The notes below the pieces were generated by a model. The model worked only from the letters and a program-made list of their open reading frames with translations, had not been told where the DNA came from and did not search any database. The position numbers were made by a program, and so were the translations under genes. From Glycera tridactyla (Eukaryota): 64,000 nt of DNA. The DNA lies in assembly GCA_965644265.1 (NCBI GenBank), contig OZ286476.1, positions 19,964,001 through 20,028,000 of the forward strand, written 5' to 3'. Below are positions 23,248-37,100 of this stretch, piece after piece; position 1 is the stretch's first letter; each line of letters opens with the position of its first letter.

Positions 23248-25220
23248 GTGGATATGCAGGTTCATGGTGTCCAGGAAAAGCCTGAGATGCAGGCACAGGT
23301 TGTGGAACAGGTTCTTGAACCTGAACAGGTCATGACAGAAGAAGTTCGTATTAGTACTCCTGAGAACATTGAAGAACAGCACATTGTTGTTGAACTTGCA
23401 CAGGGTGTAATGGAAGAGGCGAGAGAAAGCCTTGCAATGACCCAGGAAGCAGCAATAACTGCTGAAATGGCTGAAGAGATTGCTGAGCGCATCCCAACAC
23501 CTGAGGAAATTTCTGAACAAGTTACTCCAATGGAGTTAGTTGTCACCACCTCTGAAGAGGCTAAAGAGAGCCGTGCTGTTCAACAGGAAGAAATGATGGT
23601 GGAGGAAATCACAGAGGATTTCACTGATTGTGTTCCATCCCCAGTTGAAACTTCCGAACAGCAGGTCTTTGTTGAGCTACAGCAAACAGTGTCTGAAGAA
23701 GCCAAAGAGAGTCTAGCAATGATGCAAGTAGAGCATCTTGCAGAAGAAATTGTGGAAGAAGCTGCTCGTGTTCCAACACCCGAAGATATTCAGGAACAAC
23801 AAGTTGTGGTTGAGCTCAGCCAGACAATCGCTGAACAGGCAAAAGAAAGTCGGGCTGTTCAACAAGAAGAAGTGCTCACTGAGGAGCTTGTTGAAGAATC
23901 TGCTGAGCGTATTCCAACCCCAGAAGGAGTACAAGAACAGCAAGTCATCGTTGAACTTGGCCAGACTATTGCAGAAGTTGCAAAAGAGAGTCGTGCTGTT
24001 CAGCAAGAGGAACTGATGACAGAAGAATTGGTGGAAGAATCAGCAGAACGTATTCCAACACCAGAAGGTGTTCAAGAACAGCAAGTCATTGTTGAACTTG
24101 GCCAGACTATTGCGGAAGTTGCAAAAGAGAGTCGCGCTGTGCAGCAAGAGGAACTGATGACAGAAGAATTGGTGGAAGAATCAGCAGAACGTATTCCAAC
24201 ACCAGAAGGTGTTCAAGAAGAACATGTTGTGGTGGAGCTTGGGCAAACAATTTCTGAAGCTGCAAAGGAGAGTAGGGCTGTAACACAGGAGGAATTGATG
24301 GTTGAGGAACTCACAGAGGAGTCCACTGAGCGAATTCCAACACCTGATCAAACAACCGAAGAACAGGTGGTTGTGGAAATGAGTCAGTCAGCAGTTGAAG
24401 CAGCACAAGGTGCTTTAGCTCCAACTATGGAAGAACAGCTCACTATTGATGAGGTCTATGAAATGCTTGAACGAATGCCATCACCAGTTGAAGGCAGTGA
24501 AGATCAAGTCATAGTTGAGCTTGCCAAACATGAAATGGAAGGTGCAAAGCCTTCTTTGGTTGGCATTACTGAGGACCGTGTGTCAGAGGGCTCAGTCGAG
24601 GAGAACATTGAAGAACTCACATCAGATTTCACAGAAGGTGAAGAGATCATTGTTGATCTGTCCAAGAGTGATGTTGAAGCAGCTAAGGAGAGCTACATTG
24701 GCTTTGTTGAGGAGAGCCATCCTGCTGAAGAAGAAGAGGATATATTCTTTGAGGCTCCTGAGCCAGAGCTGGAGGGTGAGGAAGTAACTGTTGATCTCAA
24801 GACAGTAGACATTCGCCAGAAGGCCGAAATGATGACATCCATGCAAGAAGATGTGGTGGAAGTCAGTTGCACAGAAGAAACTGACACTGAATACACTGAA
24901 GAAGAACCAGAAAAAGAAGAGATCAAAGTTGATCTTTCTCAAGCAGTTAGAGAAGAACCGAAGCCCAGCCATGTTGGAACTCAGGAGCGTGTTCTTACAC
25001 CTCAACAAGCAGAAGACTTTGAAGCAGAGCAAGTTACTGAAGAGGAGACCAAAGGTCAGGATGTGGTTGTCGACCTTGGAACCGTTGCGAAGGAAGCTGC
25101 AAAGGGCAGTCTGGTTGCACCATCCCAGGATATTGTTGAGGTCCAGATGACACAGGACGATATCACACCACTTGTTGAAGAGGATACACACAAAGACCAA
25201 GTCATCGTTGATCTTGAAAG
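23248..25220 (+). CDS. Exon 19: Glu/Val-rich exon with about 13 copies of a ~47-aa repeat
   Basis: Acceptor ttccag, donor AG|GTAATC; phase 0 to 2; 141-nt period visible at 23980 vs 24121. Confidence 0.88.
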
Positions 25221-25609
25221 GTAATCAAAATTCATTCAAGTTGCTCAGTGTGACGTTCATGTGTTATTAGCTTCCGATATTTGGTAAATCAATTTTGTGA
25301 CATGGAATGATATCAATCAATATCATCATATACAGTGCAAATTTTGCAGGATCAGAGGATTCCATTTCTTTCTGGAGTATGTTGAATTCACCATGGATAG
25401 AATACTGGCTTGAGCCACTTGATATCATTAGAAAGCATTTTTAAGAGATATAAATTGTTCAAAGGGAATGAATTGTTTGATCGAATTCATGTCTAGCAGC
25501 GTGATCTCAGATTGTAAATTGGTTGTTCACTCAACAGTACCTCTGCTCATTATTTGATATTTGATACATGAGTCATGACCACTTCCTCAATATACATTCA
25601 TATTTTCAG

Positions 25610-25784
25610 TGGTCAGACAATCGAGCAGCCCCTACAGCAAACTGGATGGATGGGTGAAGAGATTCCCCCAGAACTCATTGCAGAAGAGTATGCTGCAAAT
25701 ATCAAGGAGATCCGCATGATCCCAAGTATTGTGATGCCAGAATATGAGCCAGCTGTCATTGAGCGTTACCGTCTTGAAGCGCAG
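25610..25784 (+). CDS. Exon 20: unique segment
   Basis: Acceptor ttttcag, donor CAG|GTAGGT; phase 2 to 0 restores the frame after exon 19. Confidence 0.82.
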
Positions 25785-26094
25785 GTAGGTCTTACACAGC
25801 TGTCTCTTGCTCATTCTCATTCTCATTCAGAGAAAAGTTGCTGGAAACAAATTAGTTTGTTGTCTTGAAAATGTGCTGCACTGTTCATGTTATCCAAATG
25901 TATATATTAGTTGTAGCGTCATTAGAAAATATCTTTTGATTCCCATATTTGTGCTCATTCTTAAAATGTTATCTTCCACATAAGTCGGACAAAATGAAGG
26001 CATTACTACCAGGCTTCAATGTCAGCTTCCAGCCAGTTAAATTGTCAGATATATTATCTTCATGTTGATCATACTCATGTTAGTTAGGCATCTA

Positions 26095-26237
26095 AGCCCA
26101 CTTGAAAACATTTCTGGTTCCAATCATCATGTGTTCAGGGTTTATGAAAGTGATACCTGCAAGGAACAAATCATCTAGCCTTCATAGACCAGGGACACAT
26201 TGCATGAACACACTGGGATTGTAACATGCCATTAAAC
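26095..26237 (+). ncRNA. Intronic structured-element family, copy H2 (hairpin 26129-26200)
   Basis: ATGTGTTC/GGACACAT, GGTT/GACC and TATGAAAG/CCTTCATA stems. Confidence 0.55.
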
Positions 26238-26454
26238 TTCAACCAAACTGAAGTCTGCAGGTTGGTGTAATCCAAAAGCAAGTAACAATAGATCCATATT
26301 CAAAACCTTGACATGTGTCATTATGTGGTGTCTCCGAGCTTGAGATGGTGATTTGTTCTTGGCAAGCAACCATGCTCAGGTTCTGTTGAAAATCAACCTC
26401 TGATGCCAATAGAATATTTCTCAGAATTCATGTTTTGCCTGATTGCAATTCCAG

Positions 26455-26619
26455 GTACACCCAGATCAAGCTCAAGAGGAGGGCATGATCATTAGTGATG
26501 GTGGTTACCTTGAGCAACAGGCTGGCATACAAACCTCAATGAAATACACTGTCTCCCAGCAGCAGGGACAGAAGATCCAAGCTACTGCACAGAAGGCAGT
26601 TCAAGAGGTGACTCCACAG
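26455..26619 (+). CDS. Exon 21: Gln-rich segment (symmetric phase 0)
   Basis: Acceptor ttccag, donor CAG|GTAAGT. Confidence 0.82.
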
Positions 26620-27358
26620 GTAAGTGATTTGATATTAAATGATTAAGTTTCGAAACATTTCTCCTGCATATCTCACTCTATTACCATCACATGGCACCTG
26701 TAGTTTGGTGAATTTTTCTCCCTCACCACCAAAACAGTTGGAAACATTTTTGTGGTGGGCTGAGATTGACAATCCAGATGATATATTTAATTTGCTGATC
26801 CATAATTATTATCTCCATTGACTGGTCTAGCTATGCTCAGACAAGCATCGACCAGATAGGTCCTAGATTCACTTTGAAAAGCTCATCATGGTTGTCTTAT
26901 TATCAGTTGTATGCTCGAAAGAAAAAAAAAACTGACTCTTACATGGATGGCTGTCTGTCAAAATCATGGCATCTTTAGGTAATTATCCTTGAGGATATGC
27001 CTTATTAAATTTGTTCCCAGGACAAGATGGCCACATATGTTGTTGATACCTCTGATTCATCATACTATTGTTAATTCCACTAATGCAAATCATTCACTGT
27101 GTAATTGTTAGCATGGCTCGAGACCCTTGAAGAACCACATACCAGTTCATCCATTCTATATTGGAGCTCAGAAATGCTGCTGTGGGAATTCCTTGAAATG
27201 GAATGGTCATTGGATTGGAGGAAATTCACTAACATTTCTAAGCTAATGAATACACGCCTGACAAAGATGAACACTGTTTGTGAGAGCCTCTTTCATGATG
27301 TAGTGTGTGTGTGTGTGCAGTTTTATTTCTCTCACAATTTACTTTCATGTTTCTGCAG

Positions 27359-27965
27359 TTGAAGATGATGTCAGCTCAGATGGCGCAACAAGTTGTACGT
27401 GCAGCCCAAGAAGTCACAGAAGAACGCGAAGTTGTGACAGAGGTCACTACAGAAGAGATTGAGGTCATCAAGAAGCCGGAGGTCAAGGAAGAGGTCCGAA
27501 GAGAAGTTGTCAAGACTGTACATGAAGTGCAGCTTATGGCACCAGTGTTTGAAGTTCAGCTGTCTGACATCACTGTCATTGACAGTGAAAAGGCATACTT
27601 CGAGTGCAAGGTTGTTGGTGTACCTAGGCCTCAGGTCATGTGGTTTATGGCAGGAGTAGAAATCAAGATGTCTGCCGACTTCCGCATGGAATATACTGAA
27701 GAAGGCTGGGTGCGCATGCTGATCACTGAGGTCCTTCCAGAAGATGAGGGTGAATACACAGTGAAGGCATGGAATGATGCTGGTGTCTGTGTTACTACTG
27801 CATATCTGACAGTCCTTCCAGCTGAGCGGCCATCCCCAGTGACTGAATCAACAACAGTCATTGTTGATCGGAAAGCAACTCGTGAGCACATTGTCTCTGA
27901 AGCATACCGCAAAATGGAAGTTGACATCTCGATGCAAACCAAGAAGGAGATCTCTGTTATTGAAG
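27359..27965 (+). CDS. Exon 22: Glu/Val-rich linker plus Ig
   Basis: Acceptor tctgcag; APVF...FECKVVGVPRPQVMW...EDEGEY; donor G|GTGGGT; phase 0 to 1. Confidence 0.88.
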
Positions 27966-28433
27966 GTGGGTTTTATATCAGCATCCTCCATGACATCAAG
28001 TACCCACCAGACTAGTGTAAAAATTCGAATGATATGGGATGTAGAAGCACATTATTTGATTATCCTTCATGATTACTTGTCATATAATAGATGAGGTGTT
28101 GATGTCCCATTTGTCATGTTGCACCACACAAGTGACACATAGAATGTGTTTCTGTTGTATGCGGGTAACAATGAAATCACCAATATTTCAGTGGGAGTGC
28201 ACAATAAACACTATCAAATAGTTCCTTGAATTGTGAGAATGCATATAAAGATGTGTTCCAAGAAAGGCTATCAACAGTCCCTTCAACATAAGTCCAAATT
28301 CATGTGAACTATGAATGTAGATATCGGTGTTTGGATTCATGGTTCTGATTTAAAATAGGGTCAGTTTTTCTGAAATGTTTTGAACTGATATCACTCATAG
28401 TGAAGTAAAATGGTTGCCTGTTTTTTTTTCCAG

Positions 28434-28567
28434 TTCCGATTCCAAAGGAGGTTCAGGCTCCAATGTTCATCAAAGAGCTTGAGCACAAGGAAATCTTCGA
28501 ATCAATGCCAGTGGTTTTGGAGTGTCATATTACAGCTAATCCACAGCCAGACATCATATGGTATCAG
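28434..28567 (+). CDS. Exon 23: N-terminal half of Ig (VPIPKEVQAPMFIKEL...NPQPDIIWYQ), missed by the ORF track
   Basis: Poly-T acceptor ccag, donor CAG|GTAGGC; phase 1 to 0. Confidence 0.9.
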
Positions 28568-28662
28568 GTAGGCAAGATGAATGAGTGTATGTCCTGTTTG
28601 CCCATTTAGCCAACCAGGATGAAATTGGTGTCAGATTTTTTTTTCCCAATTCAAATTTAATA

Positions 28663-29092
28663 CAGTGATTTTTTTCCCAGGCTGCTTATCATAGGAGTAT
28701 GCCCACTTTATAGATCAACACAAGTTTCTTGTCCACAAAAAGGGCATAACTATAGTTTCATGGTAGTGCTGTGGAGGGTGATTGATGGAATGATTGCCAA
28801 ACAGAGGAAATTCCTGAGTTTCTGACGGTGCTTGTCCATGGCAGCAAAATTTTAATTATTCTTTGTTTGATGGTCCGTATTCCAATGCATAATGTCCAGT
28901 GTTAATAATTTCTTTTTCTTTGCATCCTGGCATTTATACCATATTGATGCAACATGTTGGAGAATTGTCAGGATTCCCCATATAATTTTGTATTTTCGTG
29001 AGACTTTTTTCTGAAAAATTTCAATGCATGGTGCATGGGGGCGCATCAACAGATTTTTCGATGCATGGGATCAAAAGAGGAGAAAATCACTG
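28663..29092. mobile_element. Possible old TIR element
   Basis: CAGTGATTTT at 28663 and its reverse complement AAAATCACTG ending at 29092; no target-site duplication seen. Confidence 0.3.
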
Positions 29093-31017
29093 AAACATTG
29101 TTCTCATATACTGATCCATTATGTCACTGATAGCACTGGTCATCCTGGAACTCAGACTTTGACTTCTGATCATGTATTGGATCGAACAGCTTAGGAAAAT
29201 CCAGAAGAATATCAAGGAATACACTTTAGCATATGCCTTCCAAATTCGTGACAACTGATTGTTCACACAAAGGGCTCTACAATAATTTGTTTCTTCAGCT
29301 GCTCTTGGGACAGGTGGAGTGGAATTCTCACCTGTCCTCCAACATTGAAGTAGACTGAATAATGTTTACATTCCTGCCCATCATGCAGTCAGACTGATGA
29401 AATTACCTGCAATAACAATGTATCTGTCTGTTTGTGCTAGTGAGGTAGGCCTTAGCGTTGATTACCAATATAGTGTATGTATTCAAGTAACTATTGCATA
29501 ATCACTGCAAACACATACTATGAACATGTAGAAATATTAGCCAAGTTTTTAATAATCAAAACAGAGTGGGTTAATTCATGAAGCAAAGAATACTAGTTGC
29601 CGCTTCACAGAGAACTGAACAGCAAAAAACAAGTTGAAGGTCATATCAATGACCATCTGTAGCATACTGCTAGCTCACATGATTAAGACAGAGGGTTGTG
29701 CAATTTGAGCAGAACTATTTATCTTCAGTAGATCAAACCATCAGTCAGTATGTCTGACAAGGTGGTGCTTCTGTTACTGATGCTGGTGTCGCAATGACTC
29801 CTTTCTCACTTCTGTTGCATCCCACATGATGGCCGCATGGGAGGTAAACCACGATGCCCTGCATTTTCCTCACAGGCATACGTAATCCTCTGGGTAGATA
29901 AATGCTGTTAAGCTTCAGCCAACCAAGTAGCTCAGACACCCAGTGTGATTCTGGGGTTTGTGATTGATCCATTTCGCCCCACTGCATTCAATCAAATTTC
30001 AACCACTAGAATCACACATTCTTGTCTCATATTGATTGTTCGATCACTACATGTTGATCTGAACTTCGTGCCTCACCAAACAACTGGAATTACTTGTGTT
30101 CACCCATCCTAATCCAAACTTACCAAATCTCATTCTTAAGATAGTGTTCATCATCACTCATCAGCAAATGTGTTCAGCCTTCATTTGCTTTGATTGTTAC
30201 ACAATTGAGTACAAGTAAGCAACCTTTCTCTCAACTTGAGAATAATTCTTCGCAATGAGTAGGGAGAAATCTGAGGAGTAACAATATACATAAAGTGGTT
30301 CTGCAAGTATACAAAGATATTCCCTCACTCTGTCATTATTTACCTTGATAAAGTTATGAAGACAATTTATCCATTATCGAAATAATCTAAAAGTCTGTGT
30401 ATTTTACACCCCGATATATGTATGGTAGGAAAATGGTCACTTTCAGACTTCTGGATGCCATGCTGGTCATGCCAATCAGAATGGCTAATACTGCTTCATT
30501 TTGCAGTTTAAGAGCTGATGTCCCGACAAACAGCAACTAACCTGATAGTCAACCCTAAACAAAACTCAGTAGAATTTGCATGATTGAAGAAATTGGTCAT
30601 TGCCTCTCAGTTTGATTAGGCAGATTTAGATGCTGAGTGCACCGTAAATAGCAAATGTTATAAGCATATTTTGATGACTGGTAGTCATACACTTATATGA
30701 AAATCTTGAATGCACCCCTCAACCCAGTTTATTGCATTGGATTGCCAGATACCTTTGACATGGTTTGACATGAGTTGAATCTGGTTTAGACGGATTTGCA
30801 TATTATAGGGCTTGTTCAAATCAAGTCATGCCATATTTCCACTTGAGAGAGCTGTCTGTAGAAAGTCTGACATTATTGTTTTTGAAGTATCCCCCAAATA
30901 ATTGAACAATGTTTATATATATTGACTGAGATGGTATGATCGGATGTTAAACCATACTGGATATTAAGAATATGGATTGTTTCCCTGCAGGTTTGCATGT
31001 TTTCTCTTTTCATCTAG

Positions 31018-31183
31018 GATGGGAAGAAGATCACATCTACCCAGCACATGGAAGTGTCCTACACCAAAGGTGTCTGCAGACTCGCTATCGACAAAGTCTC
31101 CATCCAGGATGAAGCAGAATACGTTTGTGAAGCTCGTAACCAGTACGGTATCGCAACCACCATGGCTGAACTTCTTGTGGAAA
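31018..31183 (+). CDS. Exon 24: C-terminal half of Ig (DGKKIT...DEAEYVCEARNQYG...LLVE)
   Basis: Acceptor catctag, donor A|GTAAGC; phase 0 to 1. Confidence 0.9.
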
Positions 31184-34100
31184 GTAAGCAGAAGAAACGT
31201 TTTGCGCATGCCATGGACATGGTCAAACCAGCCATGTCTTGTTTGCGAGGAATATAAAGATTGTTTCCTGTAGGTCATGTAGTGATCAAATGACCCTGAC
31301 TGCAATGTTAGAATTTTTGGTTACTTTCAGTTCTGGCATTTTTAGGCGCTGCGTCTTTTCTTTCTGAAATCAAGCTATCCTTCGGAAATGCACATGCTAT
31401 TAGTTATCATTCAATATAGCTCTATTCCAGCTGTTAGTTTTAGTCTAGCTACGCCTGGATTTATTTGCGATTTTTGTGAAATTATGCAGAATCTTAATTT
31501 GCTTGATGCTTCAAAATCACGGATTTGACAACATAAAAACGGATTTGACAATATTCAAAAGTGGGAGGAACTCATACGGGAGGCCCAAATGGTCTCCTTT
31601 GTTCTGTGTGTTTTTAAATAGTCTTGACCATACATTTTTCTATAAGTGTACATTACCTTGTCTTTCAGTGCTTCAAATTCATCCTTCAGTATGCATTTTG
31701 CTCATGTCAAAAATACCCTTCTTCCTGGAGATATGTTTGAAATCTCAGGGATCTGTTTTTTTTTTATGAATAATTATTGTGTTTGTCAAATGCGCGCAAT
31801 AGTAGTGAGATGTAGTTTCAGCTGAATATCTGATGTGGTTTTGTGAATACGTAGGATATGAAGCATGCAGCGTATCCTGTTGTGTGAGCGTGATTCACTA
31901 TAATGTAGTCTATTCTAGTAGCTTAGCTACATCATAAAGCTATGTACTACTTTCTCTGAACCTCACGACCTACAAAGCACTTTATTGACCTAGTTTCTCA
32001 ACTATATCCTAGGCAGAATGTATGTATGTTTTCGTCAGCCTTCAGTTTATGATCATTTTGATTTGAACCTATCACCAGTATATCTGAAAAATGGCAGAAC
32101 CTAATTTAATTTGGTCTAGACTCATCAGGTTGATAGCTTGTAAATACTGAACCATTCTTTCAATGGTAAGGCATTCTCTTTTTATGTATACCCTTAGTAT
32201 TTCCTCCCTTGTATTTATTCACCCTATCATTATATAATTAAAGAACATACTAAACCCACTGAGAATATCCTGATTCTACCAATTCTCCACTAAAATTCCA
32301 TACATTTCGGTGGTGTTCTTTTTCTTTCATTCAGTTTGCATTGAATACTAAAAACATATATATGCTTTCGCTTCATAACCTGCATTGGAGCCGTGGTTCC
32401 AAGCTGCACTTATTAGAAACTAGGTCAATGTTTGCTTTGTGGTCGATGAAGTTGTGGTAATTGATTGGTTGATTCTCATCAGGTCTCATATATCTTTGTT
32501 CTTTAGAGCTCATCAGTACGGTTGAACAGGTCATTCTCGAAGAGTTTTATGAGATTGAGATAGAAATGTTCGTGAAATGGCGGAGGCCGAATTCCCAGCT
32601 GGCACATCCCCTGTGAAAGGGAGAGGAGGATGCCTTGGCATGAGCAATTTGTTCAAATATAGTCAATTTACATCAATTTGCACATTCTTGTGCTGGACAT
32701 CTGGGCAAATTATGCATGAGCAGCATCATGTGGCAAATTGTCTTCAGTTGACAAAATGAGTTTGCCTAATCATCAGGCAATTTATCATCTGAAACAAGCA
32801 TGATGTGAGAACAATGACAGGTCATATGCTCACTTTGCTATTATATAGCAACATGGTAACAGTAAAGGAGTATCTCATAAATTCCTTTTTTCTTAAAACA
32901 TTATCATGCAGTGATTCATCAACTTGGACTGTCATACCGATTTTCATCTTAGCACAGGCATGTCCAGATTTTTGTAAATTGGCCATAAAAATACTTTTTT
33001 TATGAATTGAAGGTCACAGTGTGGTCAGATTGCTTTATAAGTCATCTTACTTTTATTTTTGGTTGTTTTCAACCATAATGGAGGATGAATCTCAACTGCC
33101 CCGTCACTGTCTTTACTGATTATGTCAGGTGTATCGAATTTGTGGTATATGTTTCTCCCACGCATGTACCACAAACACAGGTCTTGATTCTCTAATGTCA
33201 CCGATGGTGACTAATATAGTTAGATGACTGACTCAATCTATGAACTAATTTTGACATGAATGTCAAAAAGCCCTGGTTCTTCTCCTTTTGTGAGGCATGA
33301 CGAAACAGAAAATTGGAAGCAAGTCTCAATTCGCGGACCCTCAACTGCCATCATGTCTGAAAGATTCAAGGAATTCTTTCAATCATTGAGATTTATTCTG
33401 TTGACGTCATTGCCCACATCACATGTATGCAAATGCATGTAATGGTGGTGCAAGAAAATGGACAGAGTATTTCATAACAACTTTCGGGCATCAGATTTTG
33501 ATGCAGACCACTATTATATGTGATAAATGCAACATTGTGATATAACAAAAGGGACCAGGGTGAAATGATACTTATTCCTTATTCAACTTTATTGTTACAT
33601 ATACCAACTATTTATTGGCAATCTCTTTATGTACCCACTGTGACCTTGATGGGATATGGGGTAGTAAGTCTGAAGGAAGACTACAACTTTGACTGCAAGG
33701 CATCATGGGATGATACAAATGGATTTCAGATGAAGACATTTCCCTTGCTCCAAATTTCCCCTTCATCGTGTGAAAATGAAAGAAAAAATGAAAAAAAATC
33801 CCCCCTCCAATTTTGACGTTCATACTTGCACCTCATCTTTTGTTTGAATTTATGTTGTGTTTGCACTTGTAAATTCAGATGTAGAGTTGTTCTTTGTCTG
33901 CCATTTGTTAGAATGTCAGACGATGACCATCCCATGAAGCTTTGTGCCACCCAGAAATGATATGTGTATTCATGGCAACAATGTGTTTCTCATTGTGACT
34001 TGGCTCTGGTTCACTTTCCTCAGCAAGAGAGTGTTGAGCGTCTTTCTACTCTTGTAGTCAGTCTAAATTGCACTTCCCATGATATATGACCTTTGTAGAT

Positions 34101-37100
34101 GTCTCTTCCTATGTCTTGTATCTTCACTTACCCCTTTCAGAACCTGGATAGTTTTAGGCTGAATGCACTTCAATCCTCTTTTCCAGGGAGAAGCAACTAA
34201 AGTTTCTTCTTTCCATCAATATGGCCAATTTATGGGGAATCGAGAAACAGTGCACTTCAATGAGAGTTTCATTCCTGATGAATGGACTCTCATGTTTGTG
34301 TAGGTTTCTGCATTCCACAGTGGTCTCATTCTCTTATGACTGGTGAAGAAGTCTTATTTTCAGATTTGGGTGGGAGGTTTAAAGTGCAACATAACATTCA
34401 TGATCACATCCTCTCTCAAGCTGGTGGAGAAAGTGAGCCACTCCCAAGATTTGTTTGAAGTCACACACCCAAAGGTGGCCCAGCGAAAGACAAGAAAGGC
34501 ACTCGAAGCATCCATGCGAGAGGGGAAGGGTGACGACATCGGCCTTTGCAGTTTGTCAATCATTTGTGTTCCTGGGGTTCAAAAACACTGTGAGCACTAG
34601 ACTGGTTTCTGGAATCCCCTTCCGGAATGGTCTCACAAACAAACCATGACCATGATAGGTAGTTACTGCAATCGCTACATTGATCAGGCAAGAACACATG
34701 TACAGTGAGATGTATTGACTTCTGACACAGATAGGATAGTAGGTAGTGAGAAGTTTGTCTGTAAATGTGTAAATGACAGTAGGAAGCTTGCTTCATGGTT
34801 ACAGTCAATTCATAGCACGTCATAATTTCTGCACATTGCTTATATTTGCATTCTGATTTTCATATATTCGGTCCCACACAGAATGCATTCTGAAAATCAC
34901 ACATTTCAGAAATTGCTAAGTTATTGAATGGATGCAATTGCTGTCACATGAAAGGAGTATGCATTCATTGGATGTTCCGCTGGTATTAATGGTATGAAAT
35001 TCTGAGCATGTATGTTTATCCAGAATATCATTCACGGCACGGGCATGATATTCTGCTGAATATGCTTTGGAATATTGTGACATGCTATGAGAAGAATGCA
35101 TCCATGTAAGAGCTTTTAGTGTGAGAACATCATTCATTCTGTCTGTAGTATAGAACTTTTATATGACATGACATGAAGGACCATCTAACCTGAGTCTTTG
35201 TAAGCGTGTAGCGTGCCTGCTGCTGCTGCTCATGTAAGTGTCTATATATACATATATATATACGCCACCATGGTGCGCTTCTTTCTCTGTGCTATGTGCT
35301 ATGTTAAGACATATCAGTCGGTAGATCTGTACTGCTCAAAACTGCATGGCTCTCACATTAAAAACACCCGAGAATGCTGTTAAAAAATCTGGAAAATTTA
35401 TTTTAGTTTATTTCATTTATGTTTTTATCAGTTTCGGCCCAGAGTAAATTCTAATGTGTTGATGTTTGAAGTGTTTTGTTGTCTTTTGGTCCCACATCAC
35501 GGATACAACTAGCAGATTTGGTCTCATTGGTATATCTCATGCATTATATATGCTACATGGGCCATTATGCTCATCTCATTCGAGGTCATGAGTGCTGTGC
35601 GACCTCATGCAGTTTTGAGTAAATTTGCTGCCCCATATTGGGTCACTGTGAAATACAAGTTGGCAGGTTGTATAAGCTGGGCAAAAAATAAGTTATGTAC
35701 AGAGTTATATGAGGAACAAGCCATGTGTTGTATGTACTGTTAGTGGTTACACCAGTTCCATCCGTCTGTCTGTAGTGGTCCTTTGGATGTGTGACTTCCT
35801 GCTTGTTGTATGATGAAGAAAACAAAGCTTTGTTGAGAGCAATAAAAAAAGGAATGAAAAATGTATGGCCGTCCCGTTTTAAATATAAGCCTGAATTCAT
35901 TGCTTATGCATTCATACACTTGCACCAACACACATTATTTCTTTTGTATGCAGTGTATATTTAGCCACTTCTGTAATTCGAATGATAGGGGTGAGATTTA
36001 AGCTGAATGTTGATATTTGATGTTAAGTAGGTTATATATTTCTGAAGTGAGGTATTGCAAAGTTGCTGGCACACAGTGGTGTTCTACTTTGTCCTCGCAC
36101 TCTGTCTCTTCTCTTGGGTAACACGACATAACCTGCCAACTTTATTGACAGTGACCTCTACACTCTAACGTGTGACCTTCGCATAGTGGTTTGACCCTGA
36201 TACTGTAGCAGCATTCACATTGGCATATGAAGGTTTGGTAGAGTGATACTATACACCGATATCGGTGTATCTCTTGATTGTGGTGAATATTTTGGATGTT
36301 GAAATATTCTGTAACTTTCATTTCACAAACTGAGTCACACAAGCTCCAAGTTTGTGTAGATGAGGGTCTGAATGAAAACTAAATGACTAGATTAAAGGTT
36401 ATTCATGTGGGTTTGTTAATTCTTTGCAGGCAGTCTGTGTCATTGTTAACTTGATGTGCCAATGTGAATGTATCCTGTTGTTTGAGCTTGTTTGGTTCAT
36501 GTTATGTTCTGTTTCTCGTTGAATTTCCAGCACCACATAACCTCTGTGAACCTCACTAACATATTGATGAATGTTTTCGATATAAACATCTGCTTGACCA
36601 TGGTAAAAGTTGACCTTGTTAAGTAAAACAAATTTTGATGGGTCCATAAAGTGATGATTCATCACACTACAATGTAGTCTTAATTGTTGAATGGACCCAG
36701 CAATCTCTCAGTCAATATTCAACAATTCAAATTTTCAAATTCAAATTCAAATTCAAAAAACTTTATTTTCGCCGTATCACAATTTGCAACATAGGCACTA
36801 CACAGAAAATAAAGCATCTACGAGATGAACACTCACAGTCAGATTCATCAGTATCCCATCATATAGATTCTGATGTATCACAAATGCAAATACAACTCTT
36901 TATATATATACATACATGTATCAAATACAACTCATGACCTAGATTCTGAGATGAATAATGATGAAGCTGGCATAGTGACGTAAGCAGATGGCTTTCTGTG
37001 TAATGAAATATTGTGCAAAATAGTCTATTTTCATCCTTGTCCATTTTTGGGAACATTTTTAGTCAACTATGATCACAAGCAACTAATTAGAGATGAGAGG

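Noticed and set aside
29745-29987. 80-aa minus-strand ORF in intron 23
   Set aside because: No transposase, RT or other motif recognised; the length is compatible with chance
34343-34600. 85-aa ORF with a GC-richer core in the large intron
   Set aside because: No recognisable domain, and the nearest acceptor gives the wrong phase for insertion between exons 24 and 25
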